NCBI GenBank assembly: GCA_029856435.1 | Contig: JAHQXB010000132.1 | Location: 1 to 14,338, forward strand | DNA: 14,338 nt | Source of the DNA: Candidatus Jordarchaeia archaeon | Lineage (GTDB): Archaea; Asgardarchaeota; Jordiarchaeia; Jordiarchaeales; Jordiarchaeaceae | Direction: 5' to 3' | In this document: one piece after another, positions 7,227 through 14,338 of the stretch | Layout: each line of letters begins with the position of its first letter | Position numbering within the stretch: position 1 is the first letter of the stretch | Notes under the pieces: generated by a model | Told to the model about the DNA's origin: nothing | Seen by the model: the letters and a program-made list of their open reading frames with translations, nothing else | Databases searched by the model: none | Made by a program: the position numbers and the translations under genes

Positions 7227-7946
7227 TTAATAGATCATGTAGGCTTACTATGCAGTGTGAATTATTATATTCTAATATGGTGTAGTCCCATTCATATCTC
7301 GTGGTCAATTTGAAAAACTGGATCATGGCTACGCTGTGGGTGCATTGTAGTCTGCCATCTGGCCGTTTTAGTAATCCTTTTTCGAAAGTGTATCGGCATA
7401 TGTCTGAAAAGTAGCAGTTTGGCCAGAGTATGTTGACGCTTCCGCCGCCGTTCTTTTTATGTCTCAAGTCGAGTGTAGAAACTTTTAGTGCATTTATGGT
7501 TTGGCGATAGGTTGTTAGAAGAGCGTCTATATCTACGTTTCTTTCTTCGATAGTTTTTTTGTCTGCGTCTTTGTAGAATCCTATGGCTCCTACTCGGGCT
7601 CCTGCTCCAGTTTGTCCTAGGAACTCGCTTTCGGTTTTGAAATGGGCATACATGAACGCTTGGCTTCTTTGTGTTTTTCAGATATTGAAATTATGTATTT
7701 AGCCAGTTGCTCTAGGGTTTTGATATCTTCTGACACTTCTACTCCAAATTTTGTGGCTAGGTATCGCGAAGTGTTTTTATTAAACCTGACTGTGAACAGG
7801 GGGCCGCTTGTTTTCGCTTCTTCACCGATGGCGGATGTTACCAGTGCTATGTAGGATGCAAGGTCGGATTCTTTGAATGGCCCTGTTTCAAATAGTATAT
7901 AATCGGATGGTTTGGTGTCTACCACTTCCCATAACTTCACTTGCAA
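7227..7946 (-). pseudogene. Frameshifted paralog of the 1665-2357 Cys-rich V4R/MetOD1-like protein
   Basis: ORF 7617-7946 and ORF 7030-7653 join near 7667-7672 (SEKH/KRSQAFMYAHFKTESEFLGQTG). Shared motifs with the intact paralog are KNT, YAxxKTESxFxGxTG, CxFxDxC, DGRxxC, DY and NxxC. A second shift after HCIVS restores a paralog-length end, YMIY* (TAA 7227-7229). Confidence 0.75.
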
Positions 7947-7964
7947 TTTTGACTTATTAATGCG

Positions 7965-7973
7965 TTATATAAA
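7965..7973 (-). promoter_or_regulatory. TATA box for the 7227-7946 gene
   Basis: The minus strand reads TTTATATAA only ~20 nt from 7946, so the real start is probably GTG 7940 or GTG 7925. Confidence 0.55.
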
Positions 7974-8407
7974 TACCCTGTATATTTGAGACATAAAACT
8001 ATCCTATTATGTTATATTAATACAAAATTTATGAAATATGTTTCTATAAGAAGGCCACTCCTTCTAGAGGCCTCAAATATAGTCAGTAATGTTCCCCTCT
8101 CAATAAAAACACATAGCACGCAACATTTGAAGAGAAGTCTGGTGCCAAAAAGTGCACAATTTACTGTCTAAAAGATTCTCTCAAAATAAAAAATCGTGTG
8201 TTCAAATCAAAACTCCTTGACACGCGTACCCCTTTTGGTGACAGTTTGTAGTCACCTAGAATCCTTAATGTATGACTGCTCTGTATTTTTTGTTTTCTCT
8301 ACATTGGCTCTAAAAATAGATGTGGCAAGCCTAAAGTGTTGAGAGGCTATGGGATAGAAAGTGACTAAGTGTATCTTGGGAGCTTCAGTTGGCGGTGCTA
8401 AATGTTC

Positions 8408-9712
8408 TTACTCCATTTTTCTTAGGTCTACTATCCTCTCCTTTGTTTCTTTTATGGAGCCTTTTTGCACTAGTTCCACGGCGGCTTTGATTCTGAGAAC
8501 TTCTTTGAATTCCTTTTCCAATTCCTCTTTAGCTTCTTCCAGATTTTTTGGCAAACTCTTCCCTGTACCTTCAAATTCTATTCTTATTGTTAGCACGTCA
8601 GATAATTGGGGTCTATCAACTATTGCTTCATAGTTTCCCAGTTCCGGGTGCTTTTGAACCACGCTTTTGATGTTTACGGGGTGTACGAACATGCCTTTGA
8701 CCTTTACCAGTTGGTCTACTCTTCCTAGTATCTTTTTCAGTTTGGGTGAAGTTCTTCCGCAGCTACATTTTTCCTCGCGGAGTATGGTGGCATCACCAGT
8801 TCTGAACCGGATAATGGGATTTGCTAGTTTATGGGGCATGGTGCAGGTGATTTCCCCCTCCTCTCCTGGTGCTACCTGTTCCATGGTGTTGGGGTCTATT
8901 ATTTCCATTATTAGGGATTCCTCAATGTGCATTCCATTCTCCTGGGGGCATTCTCTGGCTACGGTTCCCAGGTCTGCGGTTCCGAAGAGTTGCCGTGCAA
9001 GAATTCCAAAAGTATCCCTAAGAGATTTTCTCAAACCATCAGGTAGGGGTTCCGCGGAAAAAATGCCTAGCTCCAATTTTAGGTCTCCTCTGGGGTCTAT
9101 TCCTCCCTTTTTGGCTTCCTCTCCAATCATGGCTAGAAAAGAGGGGGTTCCTGTGAAAACTGTTACTCCCAAATCCCTCATTATTATTGCTTGATAGGCG
9201 GTTTGTCCCACGCCTGTGGGAACCACTGTACAGCCCAAGCGTCTGAAGCCCATGTGTATGTTTAGCCCCGCGGGAACCATGTGATACATAAATGTGTTTA
9301 TTACTATGTCTCCGGGTCTGGCTCCACAGGAATAAAACGCCTTACACCTAGCATTAAGCATAGCTTCCACTTCCTCTGCCACCACCCCCTCAAAAATTGG
9401 TCCGGGCGAGACGAAGATTTCTGAGAGTTTATTTATGGGAACGGTTAGATTGTTTCCAAAGGGGGGATTTTTCCTTTGTGCCTCCTGTAGTTCGGGTTTC
9501 CTCAAGAAGGGAATCTTTTTGATGTCCTCCAGAGTTTTTATGTCCTCAGCGGTTAAGCCAGCCTCCCTATATCTTTCATGGTAAAAGGGAGAGTTGCTGT
9601 AGGCGTGCCTGAAAATCCTAACCAAATTCTTCTCATCGCGTAGCCTCTTTTCCTCTTTGGTCAAAGTTTCTTCTTGGGGATTCCACATTCCACTATTCCT
9701 ATCAACAGGCAA
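8408..9712 (-). CDS. Phenylacetate-CoA ligase (PaaK) family aryl/acyl-CoA ligase with a non-canonical P-loop
   Basis: Motifs NSPFY, FMYHMVPAG, VPTGVG, TGTPSFL, SAEPLP, LFGTADLG, ECPQENGMH, IRFRTGD and GRVDQLVKVKGMFVHP. SPGPIFE replaces SSGTTG. TTG start with GGAG upstream. Confidence 0.85.
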   Translation of the reverse strand: MPVDRNSGMWNPQEETLTKEEKRLRDEKNLVRIFRHAYSNSPFYHERYREAGLTAEDIKTLEDIKKIPFLRKPELQEAQRKNPPFGNNLTVPINKLSEIFVSPGPIFEGVVAEEVEAMLNARCKAFYSCGARPGDIVINTFMYHMVPAGLNIHMGFRRLGCTVVPTGVGQTAYQAIIMRDLGVTVFTGTPSFLAMIGEEAKKGGIDPRGDLKLELGIFSAEPLPDGLRKSLRDTFGILARQLFGTADLGTVARECPQENGMHIEESLIMEIIDPNTMEQVAPGEEGEITCTMPHKLANPIIRFRTGDATILREEKCSCGRTSPKLKKILGRVDQLVKVKGMFVHPVNIKSVVQKHPELGNYEAIVDRPQLSDVLTIRIEFEGTGKSLPKNLEEAKEELEKEFKEVLRIKAAVELVQKGSIKETKERIVDLRKME

Positions 9713-9801
9713 ACGAACATCTCCTGACTCTCAAAAAATGGTGGTTACAAATATAGAAAACAAGTAGGAATACCGGAAAATAAAAAGGGTGGGTTTAGGA
9801 T

Positions 9802-11040
9802 TTATACGCGTTCAATTATCGTTGCTCCTCCCTGTCCGCCGCCTCCGCAGAGTGTGGCGCAGCCGTAACGTGCATTCTCAATTTGCAGTATTCTGGCCAG
9901 TGTTCCAGTTATCCTTACTCCCGTTGAGCCCAGTGGGTGCCCTATGGCTGTGGCTCCTCCCTTCACGTTAACTTTGTCCTTGTCCAGTCCCAAGGCTTTG
10001 ATTGCGTATAGTGTTACTACTGTGAAGGCTTCGTTTATTTCCCAGAAGTCTATGTCCTTGACCTCCAGTTTGGCGTGTTTTAAAGCCATCTGTGTGGCGG
10101 GCACTGGCCCCTCGCCCATTACGCTGGGATCGACTCCCGCCCAGCCCATGGAAACTATTCTGGCCATAGGTTCCAGGCCGTATTCCCTCATTTTCTTCTT
10201 GGACATTAGGAGCATTGCTGTAGCTCCAGCATTAAGGGGAGAGGAGTTTCCAGCTGTTATGACGCCGTCGGGCTTGAATGCGGGTCTGAGTTTTTCAACT
10301 GCTTCCAGTGTGGTGTCTGGCCTTATAGACTGATCAGAGTCTATTACTCTCTTTGTTCCATCAGGCATTTCGGCCTCTACTGGAATTATTTCTCCCTCTT
10401 TCCTGCCTTGGGGATATCCAGCACCATTTCTGAAGTAGCCTTCTTTTAGGGCCTTTGCGGCCAGCTGGTGGCTTCTTACCCCAAACTCGTCCAAATCTCT
10501 TTTGGTCCAGCCAAATTTGTCCTTGTACTTGGCGAAGAGCTTCTCTGCTGTTAGGCCCATGCTCATTGCAGTTAGCAAGTCGTACTTCTGCACGAACTCG
10601 GGCTTCATAAGTGAGGGGCTCACCCCTATGTGTGGGTTGAGGTCTAACTGCATGGGCAGGTGGGTCATGTGTTCTATACCACAGGCGAAGAAAACATCAG
10701 AGTAACCAGTCATTATCTCCATGGCTCCCCTATGAATCGCAGACATGGCGGAAATACACACTCGATCTATAGCTTGGGCCGCAACGTTCATTGGGAGTCC
10801 AGCCAGCATGTTTATGACTCGTCCACCGTAGAGCCAGTTCTCCTTCATCTGCATAGTACACCCCGTAACAACATCTCCAATGTCCTCAGGGTTTATGCCC
10901 GTCCTCTCAATTATCTTATTTATAAGCATAGCAGCTACGTCAGGCATGTACACCTTGTTAAATACGTCTTTTTCAGGCTCCGCGGGTCTCGACCTAGAAA
11001 ACGGAGATCTAAGATAATCAACTATGTAAACCTCTTCCAA
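9802..11040 (-). CDS. Thiolase (acetyl-CoA C-acyltransferase)
   Basis: Catalytic motifs DRVCISAM (Cys), TAGNSSPLNAGA, EINEAF, GHPLGSTG (His) and TLCGGGGQG (Cys). TTG start with GGAGG at 11051-11055 on the minus strand. Confidence 0.95.
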   Translation of the reverse strand: MEEVYIVDYLRSPFSRSRPAEPEKDVFNKVYMPDVAAMLINKIIERTGINPEDIGDVVTGCTMQMKENWLYGGRVINMLAGLPMNVAAQAIDRVCISAMSAIHRGAMEIMTGYSDVFFACGIEHMTHLPMQLDLNPHIGVSPSLMKPEFVQKYDLLTAMSMGLTAEKLFAKYKDKFGWTKRDLDEFGVRSHQLAAKALKEGYFRNGAGYPQGRKEGEIIPVEAEMPDGTKRVIDSDQSIRPDTTLEAVEKLRPAFKPDGVITAGNSSPLNAGATAMLLMSKKKMREYGLEPMARIVSMGWAGVDPSVMGEGPVPATQMALKHAKLEVKDIDFWEINEAFTVVTLYAIKALGLDKDKVNVKGGATAIGHPLGSTGVRITGTLARILQIENARYGCATLCGGGGQGGATIIERV

Positions 11041-11095
11041 AATTCTTCTACCTCCTAAAAATTTTAACCCTCATGCCCCTCTATAAGACAAAAAA

Positions 11096-11104
11096 TTATA
11101 TAAA
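11096..11104. promoter_or_regulatory. TATA box in the divergent region (thiolase-ligase operon; possibly bidirectional)
   Basis: The minus strand reads TTTATATAA, ~55 nt upstream of the thiolase start. The plus strand reads aaaaaTTATATAAag. Confidence 0.55.
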
Positions 11105-11107
11105 GGT

Positions 11108-11406
11108 TTGTTAGAAAAAGACGCGAAAACATTTTTGAAACAGGGTGGTGCCACTGAAATTCAGCCCGATAAGTTCGTTATGAAACAGGAAATATCTACC
11201 GAAACTAAGGGGAAAATCCGGGGAGGAAAGCATCATTGTTTAAGGTTATTAAGGAATGGGAGGGAAAAACACCCTCGGTGTGTGCTGAGTTTGAGGATTT
11301 GGTGAGGGTAAGGAGACTGGCCAATCAAAACATTAATATTTCTTTAAGAAAACTAAAGAAGGAAGTTGAAATCTCAATCATTAAAGAAGAGAAAGAAATG
11401 CCATAA
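11108..11406 (+). pseudogene. Possible frameshifted small hypothetical gene
   Basis: ORF 11108-11305 can be joined at the G4 run near 11209-11212 to an open frame ENPGRKASLFKVIKEWEGKTPSVCAEFEDLVRVRRLANQNINISLRKLKKEVEISIIKEEKEMP* ending at 11406. I recognise no family. Confidence 0.25.
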
Positions 11407-11438
11407 ATCAATTGCTCTAATGGAAAGATTTAGGGAGC

Positions 11439-12086
11439 TTGGAGACTTTGGCTGGTTATGAACTTCTTGAAAAGCTAAAAAAAGCAGTTATTGATTATGA
11501 TGAGAAAGAAGCGATTGATGCGGCATCCAAAATTGTGGAGCAAAAGATGGACCTTATAGCGGCTATTGAAGCCTTAGGGGAGGGTATGCTTGAAATAGCT
11601 AGGAAATATGAAAATTCTGAAATATTTTTACCTGATCTACTATTATCCTCAGACACCATGTATACTGCCCTGCGGATTCTGGTGCCCCACATAGGCATAG
11701 CTGAGACGGATGTGAAAAAAAAGATCCTCATTGGGACAATTGAGGGAGACGTACACGATATCGGAAAAAACCTTCTTAAAACTATGCTTACCGCCGCTGG
11801 ATTTAAGGTCATAGATCTTGGACGAGACGTTCCTGTTGAAAAGTTTGTTTCAGAGGTTGAAAAGCAGGGTGCAGACGCGGTGGCGATGAGCACCCTTATG
11901 ACCGCAACCATGAAGAACATGGAGAGAGTGGCGAACCTTCTTTACGAGAAAGGCCTTGCGCCAAGGGTCAAAATTGCTATGGGTGGTGCTCCAGTTTCTG
12001 GGAATTTTGCCGATGATGCTGGTGCACACATTTACGCCACGAATGCTATGGAGGCTGTGAAACTTTTTAAAAGGTTATTGAGGTGA
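11439..12086 (+). CDS. Corrinoid (B12-binding) protein, MtaC/MtbC/MttC-like
   Basis: N-terminal helical cap (LGEGMLEIARKYENSEIFLPDLL), DVHDIGKN with the His ligand, SxLMT and MGGAPVS. TTG start after AGGGAG. Confidence 0.93.
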   Translation: METLAGYELLEKLKKAVIDYDEKEAIDAASKIVEQKMDLIAAIEALGEGMLEIARKYENSEIFLPDLLLSSDTMYTALRILVPHIGIAETDVKKKILIGTIEGDVHDIGKNLLKTMLTAAGFKVIDLGRDVPVEKFVSEVEKQGADAVAMSTLMTATMKNMERVANLLYEKGLAPRVKIAMGGAPVSGNFADDAGAHIYATNAMEAVKLFKRLLR

Positions 12087-13198
12087 ACAATGTGGGGAAG
12101 ATGAGTCCCTTTGAAAGGGTGTTTAATGCTTTCGTTGATGGGCCCGTGGATCGGCTTCCCGCTTTTCCCATGGTTTGTGGTTTAAGTAGGAGGCTTGTAG
12201 GAGCCACGCATAGAGAGTACAGCACGAACGCCAAAGTTGCTGCAAACTCTCTTCTTGAGGCTCAGAAGGAGTTTAACATGGACGTTATACCGTTACTCAT
12301 TGATCTATCTGTTATTGCGGGGGATTTTGGGGCGAAGATACGCTTCCCCGAGGAAAACACGCCCATGGTGGAAGAATTCCTAATAAGGAGTGTTGAGGAC
12401 TACGAGAAGCTTGAGGCGCCCAAAATACCTGGGGCGAGAATGAAGCACCAAATTGAGACCACCAAACTAATAATGGAGAAGGTTGCTGAACAGGTACCCT
12501 TCTCAATCTTAGTTGAAGGCCCACTTCTTGTTTTAACTCAGCTAGCTGGCGCTGAAAGAGTTCTCAAAGACATTAGGAGGGAGCCTAAAGCCGTCGACAC
12601 CGCCCTAAAAGTAGTAACGGAAGCAATAGTTGAGTACCTTGACTGTTACCCCGATGGGGGAGGCGCTGGAGCAATATGCATGGACTACTTATGGGGCAAT
12701 CGCACAATAATGAGTGATGCTGATTACAGAAATCTTGAGGGTAGGTATGAGCCGAAAATCAGGCAGAAAATCCTTGAGAAGGGGTATATGTACAGTATTC
12801 ACAACTGCGGCGAGTCTCCGATGCTTGGTATCCAAATTCGAGAATATCAGTGTCCCTTCTACAGTCTGGCAACATATCCTGATAGGGGAGAAAACCGCTC
12901 AATCTCAAAAATAGTAAAGGAATACAGTGGTGACACTATGATCGTGGGCTCCCTTGACACCCAGCTTTTCACTTTTGGAACCGTAGAAATGGTGGAGAAA
13001 GCCACGCGGGGCTTCATGGGAGAAGTTGCAAAGGCTCTAATAGAATCGGGGCACAAATCAAAATTCGTTATTTCAACAGGCTGCGAAATCTCCCCCTCGA
13101 CTGAAACCAAACTAGAAAACGTTAGAGCAATGATGGAAACTATAAACAAGTATGGACCAAAAATTCAGGAAAAAATAAAGGGAGAATTGGGGGTATAA
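12083..13198 (+). CDS. URO-D superfamily cobamide-dependent methyltransferase (MtaA/CmuA-like)
   Basis: Motifs PVDRLPAFP, DLSVIAGDFGAKI, VEGPL, HNCG (H-x-C zinc motif), VGSLDT and STGCEI (third zinc ligand). The GTGA overlap couples it to the corrinoid gene. ATG at 12101 is an alternative start. Confidence 0.85.
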   Translation: MNNVGKMSPFERVFNAFVDGPVDRLPAFPMVCGLSRRLVGATHREYSTNAKVAANSLLEAQKEFNMDVIPLLIDLSVIAGDFGAKIRFPEENTPMVEEFLIRSVEDYEKLEAPKIPGARMKHQIETTKLIMEKVAEQVPFSILVEGPLLVLTQLAGAERVLKDIRREPKAVDTALKVVTEAIVEYLDCYPDGGGAGAICMDYLWGNRTIMSDADYRNLEGRYEPKIRQKILEKGYMYSIHNCGESPMLGIQIREYQCPFYSLATYPDRGENRSISKIVKEYSGDTMIVGSLDTQLFTFGTVEMVEKATRGFMGEVAKALIESGHKSKFVISTGCEISPSTETKLENVRAMMETINKYGPKIQEKIKGELGV

Positions 13199-13224
13199 TG
13201 TTTAAAGCTTGAGGTGGTTTCAAT

Positions 13225-14022
13225 ATGCCTTTTGTAAGCGTTAATGGTCTGAATACTTTCTATGAGTCTAAAGGGAAGGGAAGAACGTTGATTCTGGTAC
13301 ATGGTGCGGGCGGCACCAGCCAGTACTGGGGAATACAGCTTTCAGAACTATCAAAGAAGCTCAGAGTTATTGCCATCGATTTGCCGGGGCATGGAAAGTC
13401 TGAGCGCCTGAAGGAAAAGACTACCACAGAAGGGTACGCTGACCACTTGGCTGGTTTCATGAAACAGATTAAACTCGACCATGCCATTATTGCCGGCCAC
13501 TCGTTGGGTGGCCTTATAGTTCAGCAACTAGCCCTGAAGCGTCCCGAGCTGTTCGAGAAACTCATCATTGTTGACAGCGCTGCCAAGTTTCCTGATCCAA
13601 CCAGAATTTCAAATAAGTCCGGAAGTTCAGAAACCCTTCGCAACTTCTTTCTCAATCAACCACCTGAGGTGATTGGTAGGGCAATTATGTCCCGGCTTTT
13701 CTCCAAAAAAACGCTTGAGAAAGGAGACCTATCCTCTATACTGAAATATCTTCCCACGCAGTCGGTTTATGACCCCAGCATTTGGCTTAACGATTTTGAG
13801 GCGGGAAGGGGAGTAGACCTAAGAGAGAGGATTAAAGAGATTAATATTCCGACGCTCATAATAGCTGGGGCGGATTCCCTAATTCCCATCTCAATGGCCC
13901 AGTTACTACATGAAAACATTAAAGGCTCGCTCCTTGAAATAATTCCTGACGCGGGGCACATGCTTATGCTTGAAAAACCAGACGAATTTAACCAGGCCAT
14001 TCTAAGATTCGTTGGAGAATAA
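13225..14022 (+). CDS. Alpha/beta hydrolase (PcaD/MhpC-like esterase or lactonase)
   Basis: HGAGG oxyanion motif, DLPGHGKS, GHSLGG nucleophile elbow, GADSLIP and DAGHMLMLEKP. RBS GAGGTG at 13211-13216. Confidence 0.92.
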   Translation: MPFVSVNGLNTFYESKGKGRTLILVHGAGGTSQYWGIQLSELSKKLRVIAIDLPGHGKSERLKEKTTTEGYADHLAGFMKQIKLDHAIIAGHSLGGLIVQQLALKRPELFEKLIIVDSAAKFPDPTRISNKSGSSETLRNFFLNQPPEVIGRAIMSRLFSKKTLEKGDLSSILKYLPTQSVYDPSIWLNDFEAGRGVDLRERIKEINIPTLIIAGADSLIPISMAQLLHENIKGSLLEIIPDAGHMLMLEKPDEFNQAILRFVGE

Positions 14023-14028
14023 TTATTA

Positions 14029-14338
14029 CTAACTTCCTAGTTCACCCATATGCTTATTGGTATGTGTTTAGCTGTTTTGCCACTGGAGGCTTAAGGTGGC
14101 TGCTAGCGTCTCTGATGGGCCTAGTCCCCGCTGTTTCCATGTTGCCAGAACAATCATGATGGTCCCATGTATGAATGCGCCCTACTCGTTTCGGAGCATC
14201 CCCATAATCTTCCTCTGGACAACGTGTTCTCTGAGGGCTCTCTCAACCCTATTGTTTGTGGCTCGACGCCTAGTGTGGTGAGGAAGGTGAACCAGTGGTC
14301 GAAGCCATTCCTTATCTTAACTGCGAACTTTCTAACCT
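14029..14338 (-). mobile_element. tnpC: IS66-family insertion sequence, 3' end of a degraded transposase plus a candidate right terminal repeat; continues beyond the window
   Basis: The minus strand reads VRKFAVKIRNGFDHWFTFLTTLGVEP/TNNRVERALREHVVQRKIMGMLRNE*GAFIHGTIMIVLATWKQRGLGPSETLAATLSLQWQNS*. PTNNxxERxLR is the IS66 transposase signature. There is a frameshift at about 14258, an in-frame TAG at 14182-14184 and a final TAA at 14068-14070. The candidate end ctaacttcctagttcaccc lies at 14029-14047. Confidence 0.88.

Noticed and set aside
7986-8400. ORF 7986-8171 and short inverted repeats such as ggtgac/gtcacc at 8237-8256
   Set aside because: The ORF lacks RBS and motifs. A 6-bp inverted repeat is expected by chance in a window of this size.
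12083-13198. Annotation as uroporphyrinogen decarboxylase HemE
   Set aside because: It lacks the HemE RQAGRY motif, has the HxC...C zinc motif, and is coupled to a corrinoid protein.
8361-14281. Remaining short ORFs antisense or out of frame to the ligase, thiolase, corrinoid, methyltransferase, hydrolase and IS66 genes (also those inside 1665-2357, 4288-4853 and 5763-6608)
   Set aside because: They are shadow ORFs of well-supported genes on the opposite strand or in another frame.
1-14338. CRISPR array, tRNA or rRNA genes
   Set aside because: By eye I found no regularly spaced 25-45 bp repeats, no T-loop/cloverleaf motifs and no rRNA signatures.

Overview
Archaeal DNA. It has TATA boxes, GGAGG/GAGGTG ribosome-binding sites and frequent TTG/GTG starts. 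The gene content suggests an anaerobic, uncultured lineage such as Asgard or Bathyarchaeia; this is inference and was not tested. The left half (1-8000) is accessory and partly decayed. It holds a broken TrmB-family regulator, a DUF6506 gene, and two paralogous ~230-aa Cys-rich V4R/MetOD1-like proteins (one intact at 1665-2357, one frameshifted at 7227-7946). It also has a heavily N-glycosylatable surface protein, a decayed three-gene cassette ending in a probable MazF/PemK-fold gene, and an intact ARMT1/DUF89 phosphatase. The right half is an intact divergent catabolic locus: thiolase plus a non-canonical PaaK-like CoA ligase on the minus strand, and corrinoid protein, URO-D-family methyltransferase and alpha/beta hydrolase on the plus strand. 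A degraded IS66 transposase 3' end, missing from the ORF track, closes the window. I found no rRNA, tRNA or CRISPR array. All family calls are by motif recognition, with no database searches.
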